Positions 24,201-37,900 of a DNA stretch of 64,000 bases are shown here, one piece after another. The stretch comes from Tubulanus polymorphus (taxonomy: Eukaryota; Animalia; Nemertea), in assembly GCF_964204645.1 (NCBI RefSeq), contig NC_134030.1, positions 21,970,210 to 22,034,209 of the forward strand, read 5' to 3'. Below the pieces are notes generated by a model, which was not told where the DNA came from, searched no databases, and saw only the letters and a list, made by a program, of their open reading frames with translations. The position numbers and the translations under genes are program-made. Numbering within the stretch: position 1 is the first letter of the stretch; each line of letters starts with the position of its first letter.

Positions 24201-27200
24201 AAAATGTCAATTTTGGCCGGAATTCTGGGTCCTTTAGCTTCCTACTTGTTTGCCATTTCTCATTGCAATTTGTGATGGGTATTCTTTGGAAAGGGATGTT
24301 TTATACCTGAGATAGGTATTTTTGATCTGCCAATTATGACGCAATTGGCGGCCATCTTGGTGTCATCAGTACTCATTCGTAGGTGGGAAAAAGTTTTTCC
24401 ACATTAAATTGATACCTTAGCATATTGTGTTACTATATTCAATTGGAAAGTTGTAGCCCATAACGTGTTCTATGATTTTGGTGAGTTTCAAGGTCATTGG
24501 TTTTTGTATGTGGCCACCAGGGGGCGTTGAATAATACAATAACTTAGTATCGCTATATTTTATTTGTACCGATGCATATTTTGTTACCACAATCAATTGG
24601 AAAGTTGTAGCTTATGACATCATCTATGATTGTGGTGAGTTTTAAGGACATTATATATATAGTCACCAGGGGGCGTTGAATAGTAGAATAACTTAGTGTT
24701 TCCTTATAAGATTGGTACCTAGGCATATTTTGTTACCATGACCAATCGCAAAGTTGTAGTTCATGACATGTTCTATGATTGTGGTGAGTTTCAAGGTCAT
24801 TGGGTTTTGCATATGGTCACCAGGGGGCGTTGAATAGTAGAATAGCTTAGTATTTCCTTATTATATTGGTGCCTAGACATATTTTGTTAGCATGATCAAT
24901 TGCAAAGTTGTAGTTCATGACATAGATCATTGGGTTTTGCATATGGTCACCCGGGGCCGTTGAATAGTAGTCAGAATAACTTAGTATTTCCATATTAAAT
25001 TGGTAACGAGGCATATTTTGTTTTCACAATCAATTACAAAATCGTAGATGCTGACATGTTCTATGATTGTGGTGGGTTTTAAGGTCATTGGTTTTTGTAT
25101 ATGGTCACCAGGGGGCGTTGAATATTGAAATTGTTAGATTGTTGAGCATTTGACACCACTTCCCAAGTAGGCATGGTGTCCCTGGACCCCTAGTTATCAT
25201 GAATAATCTGTTTGATTTTCTATCTATTTATATTCCAGTGAGTCCAGAAGAGATAAGTGAGTTCTGATTGATATTTATAAATATTCTCAGTACAGTAGAC
25301 TGCGCACTTGTCTTTGATTTCATGTTGTAATTCGTCATATTTACCTTTTTATAAGTTGCAGTGATTTTCTATATTGATAGATTCTAAACTTCGTGAATTA
25401 GCCGATAAAGAGTTTAAAGACAGAACAGGTACTGTACATATTACAAAGTGTGAAGACTCTTGAATGGATTGTTTTGATATCGGTTACCCTAGATCCGAGT
25501 GTCGTACATAGAAAGCAAGCTAACCAGTAGACCATAGACGTATAAACTAGTCTAGTTTATACGTCCATGAGTAGACCAATAGAACTAGTCCACTGGTTAA
25601 TGTTTATACAGCTTGTCCTATATGCGGAACGCTGTGACCTTTTTTGAGCCCAAAAAGTTCATTTTCGCCCTGCATTCCGAGACCTGTAGCTTCCGAATGG
25701 TTTGCCATTTTTCATTGAAATTCGTTATGGATATTTTTAGAAGGGCTCTTAAACATATCAGATGGGCTGACGTTGAATAATGGAATTTAGTAATGTTTTA
25801 AATCTTATTGATGTTTATAATCAATGTTTATTACAGTCGGTAGATTTAAGGGAATAAAGACACCTGAAGAGATAGTGACTGTAACGCTGAATATACCGAC
25901 ACAACTCCGCACTGGTAAGTGACTACACTGAAACTGTATGTTGGAATTGGAATTCAATACAGTAAACTTAAAATTAGTCGAGAATCAGGAAAATCGGTTT
26001 ATCACAAACTTAAGGAATCTTTATTTGAATTTAATCTAATTTGTAGACTTGTATTCAGCTGGACGAGATCCAGTTATTCTGCCGGATCGAGCAGGTATTG
26101 TATAAGTCCGTAAAAAACTTAAGATAACCAGTTTAATTCCATTCCATAATCATGCCGTTATCAAACGCCAACATATTTCAGGGAATAAATCCCGCAAATC
26201 TAAATTCAGTGGAAATACCATTCTTTATAATGCCTTGTACTTCATCGGTCCCAACTGTTGCATCATGAAGGACTTTCACTGTGAACAAAATTTGAGTTTT
26301 TTAAGAGCATTAGCCTGAAATATTCTGCAACTGATCATTGTCCCCGAAAGGACGATTAATTCTTCTAAGTTCTTGTAACGAATCGTTAAACTGCTCGTTA
26401 TTAAAACCAGAAATCGCTCTTCCGTCATATACCTAATTGTTTGGTTAAGGCCCTGAAAATGGGGTTCTAACCATGGTTTACTGGTATTTTTAATGTCAAA
26501 ATGCAAACTTAAAGCAACAACGGTTTTATAATGAAACCACACTCATTGAATGCTGTGTCTATGTTTGCTGTTTTTATGTGAATTTCAGTGGAATATTTCA
26601 AGGATGAATTCATTAGCGCAATACAATCTGATGAATCATTGAAAACTGCTACTCAAACTGCTTTAGATAACGGTAAGTTACATCTACAGTAAACTACATT
26701 TACATCTACAGTAAACTACATTTACATCTACAGTAAACTACATTTGCATCTACAGTAAACTACATTTAATACATCTACATCTACAATCAACAATTAGATA
26801 CATTTATTCACTAAGATTGTCAATCATAGAAATTTGTTTGTGGTTTTTTAGAATCAAGTAAAATCAACGAATTGTTGAGGAAAGAAAAGTCGAATGGTAA
26901 AATTGTTTGATAAAATGCGGATAATTTGTTTGTTTTCACGAACCGAAAAATAATTCAAACGTTTTTCTTCTATTTCTTAGTTAATAGAATTTATGGTGAA
27001 GTGAAAAAGAGAATAGAATCAATGTCTACAGGTTTGTATTTTAATGATTTTCTATCAATTCTTGCATTTAAATGTCGGATATATTTCCTCGTGTTGAGGC
27101 TTCTTTTCATAAAGCATGTTATAATATATCATATTTTTCATAAACATATCATATCATATCATATACCACTATCATATACAATGTCATCAAGTACATATAT

Positions 27201-28835
27201 AAAATACGTATATCACATATCATATCACGCCATACCACATCATTTATGCTTGTAAAATGTGATTTTGAAGGTGATGAGTTTTGTTTTACTTTTTATCACG
27301 AATTGATGCATTGCTTAATTTACGTTCTACTTCTATTTGTGATTTCAGAGGAATTAAATGAACAGGGAATCGTAGTTTATAGAAGTGAGTAAAAGTCAAT
27401 TTGTCTGATTTGAATTCTAATCTGTTCATCAATTCCATAGTTTTCCTGTTCCATAGTTACCCTGATCCCATAAACTCCTCACAAGAGACTCCCAACACTA
27501 GAATCATAACCCCTCAGTTTTTTTAAATTCAGATCTAAATCAAATTAAGTAAGAATTTTATAGTAAAAGTGAACTGTATGAATTTATCTGTTTAGATCTA
27601 ATTAATGTATATTTATTAGTTATTGTTGTTGTTCTGTTTTTCAGTAAAAGATGAAACAGCGAGTAAGTACTGATGACAACTTCCATGTTAAAATTTAGAT
27701 AAAAATATATATTTGTCATCTCCTGTTTTGAATAGTAGTGGTTCTTATATAGCGCTAAATCCAGTGAAACCGTTTTACAGATGATGAAAATACTTCCTTC
27801 AAAAGGAAGGATTGTGAAAGGAGAACATTTTGGTGTTTATAGTATTATCCAAAACCTATGATATGAGTAATATGCATAAGTAGTTTTTAGTTTGTGGTTG
27901 CGGTTACATGAACTTTTGAACTTTATTGTACCATGTGTTTTGTACCACGTGTTCCTGGTTTATCTTTGTATGTGTGAATCCTTACTTATCAATAGAACGT
28001 CATATAGTAAACACGTAGTCTCAATATTTCTTCTTCCACGCCGTTTTGTGTTGCTTACAAGCTCTTTTACAACACATGTTTCTCTCTCCCTGCAGTAATC
28101 TATTGTGTTTATTCTGTTACAGTGAGTAACATCAAACCAATTATTGCAGACAGAATCCAAACGGAATTTAAAGGTGAATACATTGTGTTTACTGTTAGGT
28201 GTTTCAATTAACAAATTTAATCGGTACCGAGAGTAAGAATGGTGGTCGACAGGTCCCGAGTTAAGGGTGAAGGTCGACTGTATTTTGTTGGAGGATATTT
28301 GACGCTGTAGCAGCATAAATAGTTTACATCATCAGACGATATTTTAGTAGTTTCTAATGAGCATTGTATAATTACAGATTCACTAGTGACTGTTTTAGAA
28401 GAGAAATGTCAAAAGGCTATCAGTTTGTGGCCATCAAAACACTGGGAATACGATATATCTCGCGCGAGTAAGTTCATTGTGAAATCAGTTTGTGATTTAT
28501 AATAGAATTCTATTGTATAAAAACTTGTCTATTGTTTATTACATATAGTGTCTGTACTCAGTGAATTTACCAGTAGAACTTTAAACACAAACACAGGTTA
28601 TTGGAAACAAGTCAAAGAATGTTTCGGTAAATAATAAATTCTTGTTTCACTGCTGATTCTTTTTTGATGATCTGATTTGTAAGGATGACCAATAATTGTT
28701 TGTTCTGTTTGAATAGGAGATGAAATTAACAGTGAAACAAATACAACTGAACTGACAGAAATAGGTGAATATCAAATTAACATATTACATATTATTTCAA
28801 GATTAACAAAAATTATTTTGAAAATTATTTATATA

Positions 28836-28910
<75 letters not shown>

Positions 28911-31900
28911 TATTTATTTATTATTCACTTGTTCGTTTATAGTTGATGAGTGTTCGGGTGAATGCATCAAAACAATGAGTGACAAATGGAATCCCGGTGA
29001 GTACCCCTCACCCCTCATATGGTGACTGATAAGGGCCATGAAAATATTTCCCGACAAAAAATGATTTTATCATGAAAAATAAGTTTCCATCGAAAAATAT
29101 TCGTGAGTGAAAATAATTTCGTCACAAAAAAATTATTTTCCATCGAAAAATATTTTGTGAGTTAAAATAATTTCGTTGTGAAAAATATTTTGTGAGTAAA
29201 AATAATTTCGTTGTGAAAAATTAATTCCCATCAAAAAATATTCATAAGCGAAAATAATTTTCTTAATAATCGCCTCCAAAATATAGACGTGAGAAAAAAT
29301 AATTCCGTTCTGAAAAATAAATCGCCTTCCTTCAAAATATATTCCGATGACAAGATATTTTTGCAGCGTAAAAATAATTGTGGGTTTTCCGCTAGTACGG
29401 AAGCCCCTAGGTGACATACGAGAAAACCTTTTCACAATTTCGACTTATTAAGTCGAATTTCGACATAATAAGTCGAATTTCGTGTTAATTAAGTCGAAAT
29501 TCGACTTAATAAGTCGAATTTCGACAATTAACACGTTAATTAACACGAAATTCGACTTATTATCTCGAAATTCGACTTATTATGTCGAAATTCGACTTAA
29601 TAAGTCGAAATTATGAAAAAAATTATATCATATGTCACCTAGGGGCTTCCGTACGCTAGTCACCTCTGATCTTATTTCATCTATGCTACTAGCCCTTAGT
29701 ATAGTGGTACACACTGCGTACATAACATACTTGAACTACACGGGGGGGGGGGGGGGTATACCACAGGGCTCTCATTTACACATGAATCAGAGTACTTGGG
29801 TAGAGCTTTGATTTTTTTTTTAATCCTGAGATTTCGTGACGGCGAGTCCTTGTAACCTAAAGTAAGGAAGGGTGGGATGGTGGTGCTGTCATCGGGTCCA
29901 TGTGAACACAAATTTGGGCAAAAAATATCAAAAATTGTGTACGGTCAAAATAAAAATTAGGGCTCTTGATTTTGGTTTCCTTCTCAGACCTCCTGTCCAT
30001 CTAGAAATAAATATCTTTTGTCAATGTTATGGGCGCAGATCAAGGACCCAAATAACGGATACAAGAAGCCGTAGGGCTAGTAGCATAGATGAAATGTTAA
30101 GATCAGGTGAGAAAGTTCAATCGACCGCGTGCACCAGCGGAAAACCCACAATTATTTTTTACGCTGCAAAAATATTTTAGTCATCGGAATATATTTTGAA
30201 GGAAGGCGATTTTTCATAGCGGAATTATTTTTACTCAGCATATGTTTTGAAGGCGATTATTTTCATGAGAAAATTATTTTCGCTTATGAATATTTTTGAT
30301 GGAAATTTAGTTTTCATGACGAAATCGTTTTTGTCAGGAAATATTTTCATGGCCCTTCCTTGTCAGCCACCATAGATACAAGTTGCTGTGCTGTAGCCGT
30401 AGGATCGAAAACTAAGACATCTTTTACTTGATGTCCCGTTCAACATACTTAACGGTACAAACACTGCTGCGCCGTAGTTGTAGCGCGATCAATATAAAGC
30501 GCGTGAAAACGGGAAAACCCGAAATTATTTTTACAGCAGTTATTTCTCGACAGAGAAAAATATTTCTATGGAAATATTTTTACACATAAAATATATTTTG
30601 AAGGTGATTCATTTTACACACCAAAATTATTTTCACTCACGAATATTTTTCGATGGAAATTTATTTTTGTTAGGAAATATTTTCATGGCCCTTATCAGCC
30701 ACCATACCCTCATTAGTACCACTTATGAGTACCTCTCATGAGTACCACTCGTGAGTACCTCTCGTGAGTACCTCTCATGAGTTCCTCATCCATAATACTT
30801 CAGTTCAATTTGAGTACAGGCCTCAAATGCAAATCGTAATTTCAGTACCTGAGTACCATAAGCTATTGGACCTTGAGTGAGTACCATTTCTTGACTGTCG
30901 GAATATGTCAGTATGATTAGAGTACATGCAAATACAGTCACTCAACTGAGTATCCGGCCCCGGTTACATGAATTGTGTGTAAAGGCATTTAAATGATGCT
31001 ATTCAGAGATCAAGTTGAAACAAACTGCAAAATGAACAAGGTTAAGTGACATAATTTCATGTTTTGTTGTTTGTAGGCGATTTTAAGAACCGCAACATGA
31101 TTGTAGGGACAGGTAAATATTCCGTATATGAATCACCTAGGGCCGGTTCTATAGTAATCATTACAGTTAAAACCAGTCTAAGACGATTTCGGTTTTACAG
31201 CCGATCTAACAACTTAGAACCAGTCATGAGATTTAAGACAAATTTTGGATTCAATTTTCGATTATGGAGCCGGCCACTGGTTCAATGAAAAACCAATTTG
31301 AATTCATCATGAAAATCTGTTTGATTTTCTATCTATTTCAGCGAGTCCAAAAGAGATAAGTGAGTTCTGAGATGAGTAGAATTTATTTTCGATTTTCACT
31401 ATTTTGATCTATAAAGTGATTGTTAGATGTGACAGGTACCGGTATCTGCGTGAACTGATGCTGACAATCACAAATAATTCATTGGATTCACAAGAGCAAC
31501 AATCATTTTGGGTTCAGTGATAACTGGTTATTCATAATTGCTGCCCCATAAAACAATTCAATGCAATTTACTTCTTCAAATATTATACACAGAAAAAAAT
31601 ATCCCTAAAATAGAAACCAGTTGTCAATATCATCACATGGTGGACCTAAAACCTAGAGTCACACTTATCTGTTTATCTGACAGTTGTAGTCAGCGCTTGC
31701 CTCTGATTTCGTGGAACAATTGAATAATAGTGACTTCGAACTACAAGTCACACGAGTTTGTTTAAGTTAGTGAATTTCTATATTGATAGATTCTAAACTA
31801 CATGAATTAGCTGATAAAGAGTTTGAAGATAGGAAATTAGGTACTGTACACATTACAAAGTGTAAAATTCAATAAAATGATTGTTAGATGTGACAGGTAC

Positions 31901-34900
31901 CGCGGTATCTGCGTGAACTGATGCATAATTCAATGCGATTTACTTTTTCCAAATATTATATACGGAAAGAATATCACCAAAATAGAATAGAAACTAGTTG
32001 TCAATATCATCACAAGACCTGAAATCACACTTATCTGTTTTATCACATAGTTGTGCACAGCACGCTTGCCTCTGATTTTGTGGGACCAGTTAATAATTGT
32101 CATGATATAATTCGTCATATTTACCTGTTTATAAGTTGTTTGTGATGTCAGTTATTTTCTATATTGATAGATTCTAAACTACATGAATTAGCCGATAAAG
32201 AGTTTGAAGATAAGAAAGGTACTGTACACATTACAAAGTGTGAAATTCAACATGTTTTATGTTTTAAATCTTATTGATGTTTATTATCAATGTTTATTAC
32301 AGTCGGTGAATTTAATCAAATAAAGACACCTGATGATCAAATAAAGACACAAGATGCATCATTCGAACGCGTAAAAACACCTGAAGAAATATTGCCTCTA
32401 ACACTGATTATACCGGCACAACTCAGCACTGGTAAGTGACTACACTGAAACTGCATGTTTGAATTTTAATTCAATACAGTAAACTCTGTCTGAAATAACC
32501 TGTTAGTAATTCACCGAGTTGAGAATCAGGCTAATCGGTTTATGACACATTTCTCTATTTTTAAACTGTTTAATTTTTGTAGATCAGACTGATCCTTTTA
32601 TCACAAAACATTACATTTTTTTAAAATGTTAAAATCCTATTCAATTTTTGTAGTGTTGGATTCAGCCAATCGACATCCAGATATTCTGTGGGATAAAGCA
32701 GGTATTATATAAGTCTGTAAAAAACTTAAGCTAACCTGTTTAATGTCACCGATCTCTTAACGTCAACATTTTTCAGAGAACAAATCCGGCAAATCTAAAT
32801 TCAATGGAAATACCATTCTTTATGTATTTCATCGGTACCAAAAGTGGCATTTCGAAAGCCCTTTTACTGTGACCAGCTTCTTAGGAGCACTAGCCTGAAA
32901 TATTCTGCGGCTGATCTTTGTCCCTGAAAGGACGATTAATTCTTCTAAGTTCTTGTTAAAAATCCTTAAACTGCTCGTTAGGAATACCAGGAAATGCTCT
33001 TCTATCATTCATCCTGAATTGAACATGATGTTCTAATCCCCTGCTTTACTGGTCTTTTCTATGTCCAGCGGAACTGAATGTCTTTAAGCAACAAAAGTTT
33101 AAAATTGAAACCACACTCAATGAATGTTATGTCTATGTTTCCTGTTTTTTATGTGAATTTCAGTGGAATATTTCAAGGAAGAATTCATTATTGCAATACA
33201 ATCTGATGAATCATTGAAAACTGCTACTCGAACTGCTTTAGATAAAAGTAAGTTACATCTACAGTAAACTACATTTATATCTACAGTAAACTACATTTAC
33301 ATCTACAGTAAACTACATTTACATCTACAGTAAACTACATTTACATCTACAGTAAAAGACATTTAATACATCTACAATCAACAATTATATATTCATTCAC
33401 TAAGATTGTCGATTCTTAAAATGTTTTTCCTTTTTTGAGACTCAAGCGAAATCAACAATTTGCTGAAGAGAGAAAACTGGAAAGGTAAATTGTTTGATGA
33501 AATGTGTGTAAAATGTTTATTTTTACGAATCAAAAATGAATGTTGTTTTAAGAACCGCAAATGACTTGTTTATTTCAATCATTGCAATGAATTCAAATTG
33601 ACAGCTGATTTTACTGTGTAAAACAATTTAAAGATTTTCTTCTATTTTCAGTTAACAGAATTTATAATGATGTGAAATCCAGAATACAATCAATGTCTAC
33701 AGGTTTGTAGTTCAAACGATTCACTATCAATTCTTGCATTAAATTGAAACCGTATCTTGTCGGGCAAGCGCCCTTTTGTGACCCATATCATATCATATCA
33801 TTGTATCATAAATAATGCATCATATATCAGCCGGTATATACACTTGTATAACGGTGTATTCCCATTTCGCCGCTTATTTATTCCAATTTGGCCTTTTTCC
33901 CAATCCACCCCTTTCCCATTTTGCCCCTTTCCTATTTCGCCCCTTTGTTCACATTTTTGCCCCTTTTTGTACATTTTCAAAGAAGCTTAGTTAAATTTAA
34001 GCAATGTTACATGATTATGCTAATTGTGCCCTCAGTCATTTAGTTAATTTGAATATCAATCAATAACACAAAAAGGTCCAAGGTGGGAAGGGAGCAAAAT
34101 AAGAAAATTGGCAGGGCCGAAAAAATGGGATGGGTGAAATAGAAAAAGGGGCCAATCGGGAAGGGGCGAAATTGGAACACATTTTATATCAAGTCAACAC
34201 ACTCGCACGCATGCACGCACACACGCACGCATGCACGCATGCATGCATGCGAATCCAGGTTAAAATGCCAGAAGTAAAAAATGCCAGAGGAAAAATCCCA
34301 CCATAGGTAAAAATGCTAGAGGTAAAAATGCCAGACGGAAATATGAGGAAAATTAAGTGAAGAATTAACCAATATTGGACCTGATATTATATACACTAGA
34401 TTTTACATAATGAATGCACAGTTTAGATATACATAACATATTCCTATGATAATAAAATTCAAAAAAATGAATGACAAATTTATGAAATAAAGAGAATCAC
34501 AAATTTATGAAATAAAGTCTGACATAAGCAAGAAATTCATTGGAATCATTAATAATATTCTTATTTGGACGAGATGATATTAAGATACAACACATTTTTA
34601 GATCATTGGAAATTAGAAAATTAATGCGCATTTTCTTATATGATTGAAATCAAAAAGCAAAAATAGTCATGATATAACGCATTTCTAGATTAATGAATAT
34701 TAACGAATTCAAATGAATGCACAGAGTTTACATATTGAATGCACAGTTCAGGTAAACCATATTTCTAGGCATAATGATAATTATTAATTAGGTAAGATAA
34801 TTAAATTCAAAATTTTTAGATGAGTTAGTTTGCTTTTTTTCATAACATCAAAACAACAATTCGATGAATAGTTTTTAAGTTTTGATACACTTGTTTCTTA

Positions 34901-37900
34901 TAATCATTGAATCAATTTAACCTTCTGGCATTATTTCCTCTGGCATTTTTACCTCTAGCATTTTTACACCCCTGACATTTTTACCTCTAGCATTTTTACT
35001 TCATTATTACAGCATTATTACCTTCAATTTTACTGCATTATTACCCCGTACATATCATTTATTTTTCATCACGGATTGATTTATTGCTGAATTTACATTT
35101 TATTTCTATTTGTGATTTCAGAGAAATTAAAGGAACGAGGAATCGTAGCTTATAGAAGTGAGTAGTTTGTTCATCAATTCCACAGTTTCGAGTTACCCTT
35201 AACCTATAAACTCCAAACACTAGACTCCTAACACTAAACTCCTAACACTAGACTCCTAACACTAAACTCCTAACACTAGACTCCTAACACTAGACTCCTA
35301 ACACTAGACTCCTAGCACTAGACTCCTGACACTAGACTCCTAACACTAGACTACTAACACTAGACTTCTAACACTAGACTCCTAACACTAGACTCCTAAC
35401 ACTAGACTCCTAACACTAGACTCCTAACACTAGACTCCTAACACTAGACTTCTAACACTAGACTCCTAACACTAGACTACTAACACTAGACTCCTAACAC
35501 AAGACTCCTAACACTAGACTCCTGACACTAGACTCCTAACACTAGACTCCTGACACTAGACTCCTAACACAAGACTCCTAACACTAGACTCCTACCACTA
35601 GACTCCTAACACCAGATTCCTGACACTAGACTCCTAACACTAGACTCCTAACACTAGACTCCTAACACTGGACTCCTAACACTAGACTCCTAACACTAGA
35701 CTCCTACCACTAGACTCCTAACACCAGACTCCTGACACTAGACTCCTAACACTAAACTCCTAAGACTAGACTCCTAACACCAGACTCCTGACACTAGACT
35801 CCTAACACTAAACTCCTAACACTAGACTCCTAACACTAGACTCCTAACACTAAACTCCTAACACTAGACTCCTACCACTAGACTCCTTACACTAGACTCC
35901 TAACACTAGACTCCTAACACTAGACTCCTAACACTGGACTCCTAACACTAGACCCCTAACACCAGACCCCTAACACTAGACCCCTAACACTAGACCCCTA
36001 ACACTAGACCCCTAACACTAGACTCCTAACACTAGACTCCTAACACTGAACTCCTAACACTAGACTCCTAACACTAGACTCCTAACACTAGACTCCTAAC
36101 ACTAGACTCCTAACACTAGACTACTAACACTAGACTCCTAACACTAGACTCCTAACACTAGACCCCTAACACTGAACTCCTAACATTAGACTCCTAACAC
36201 TAGACTCCTAACACTAGACTCCTAACACTAGACTCCTAACACTAGACTCCTAACACTAGACTCCTGACACTAGATTCCTGACACTAGACTCATAACACTA
36301 GACTCCTAACACTAGACTCCTAACACTAGACTCCTAACACTAGACTACTAACACTAGACTTCTAACACTAGACTCCTAACACTAGACTCCTAACACTAGA
36401 CTCCTAGCTCTAGACTCCTAACACTAGACTCCTAACACTAGACTCCTAACACTAGACTCCTAACACTAGACTCCTAACACTAGACTTCTAACACTAGACT
36501 CCTAACACTAGACCCCTAACACTGAACTCCTAACACTAGACTCCTAACACTAGACTCCTAACACTAGACTCCTAACACTAGACCCCTAACACTGAACTCC
36601 TAACACTAGACTCCTAGCTCTAGACTCCTAACACTAGACTCCTAACACTAGACTCCTAACACTAGACTCCTAACACTAGACTCCTAACACTAGACTTCTA
36701 ACACTAGACCCCTAACACTAGACCCCTAACACTGAACTCCTAACACTAGACTCCTAGCTCTAGACTCCTAACACTAGACTCCTAACACTAGACTCCTAAC
36801 ACTAGACTACTAACACTAGACTTCTAACACTAGACTCCTAACACTAGACCCCTAACACTGAACTCCTAACACTAGACTCCTAACACTAGACTCCTAACAC
36901 TAGACTTCTAACACTAGACTCCTAACACTAGACCCCTAACACTGAACTCCTAACACTAGACTCCTAACACTAGACTCCTAACACTAGACTCCTAACACTA
37001 GACTCCTAACACTAGACCCCTAACACTGAACTCCTAACACTAGACTCCTAGCTCTAGACTCCTAACAGTAGACTCCTAACACTAGACTCCTAACACTAGA
37101 CTCCTAACACTAGACTCCTAACACTAGACTCCTAACACTAGACTCCTAACACTAGACTTCTAACACTAGACTCCTAGCTCTAGACTCCTAGCTCTAGACT
37201 CCTAACACTAGACTCCTAACACTAGACTCCTAACACTAGACTCCTAACACTAGACTCCAAACACAAGACTCCTAACACTAGACTCCTAACACTGAACTCC
37301 TAACACTAGACTCCTAACACTAGACTCCTAGCTCTAGACTCCTAACACTAGACTTCTAACACTAGACTCCTAACACTAGACTCCTAACACTAAAATCCTA
37401 ACACTAGACTCCTAACACTAGACTCCTAACACTGAACTCCTAACACTAGACTCCTAACACTAGACTACTAACACTAGACTCCTAACACAAGACTCCTAAC
37501 ACTAGACTCCTGACACTAGACTCCTAACACTGAACTCCTAACACTAGACTCCTAACACTAGACTCCTAACACTAGACTCCTAACACAAGACTCCTAACAC
37601 AAGACTCCTAACACTAGACTCCTGACACTAGACTCCTAACACAAGACTCCTAACACTAGACTCCTACCACTAGACTTCTAACACTAGACTCCTAACACAA
37701 AACTCCTGACACTAGACTCCTAACACTAAACTCCTAACACTAGACTCCTAGCTCTAGACTCCTAACACTGAACTCCTAACGCTAGACTCCTAACACTAGA
37801 CTCCTGACACTAGACTCCTAACACAAGACTCCTAACACTAGACTCCTACCACTAGACTTCTAACACTAGACTCCTAACACAAAACTCCTGACACTAGACT

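Noticed and set aside
31000-31045. Candidate micro-exon after TTCAG (also ~43256)
   Set aside because: The phase-1 reading contains a stop in both copies and the length is not a multiple of 3.
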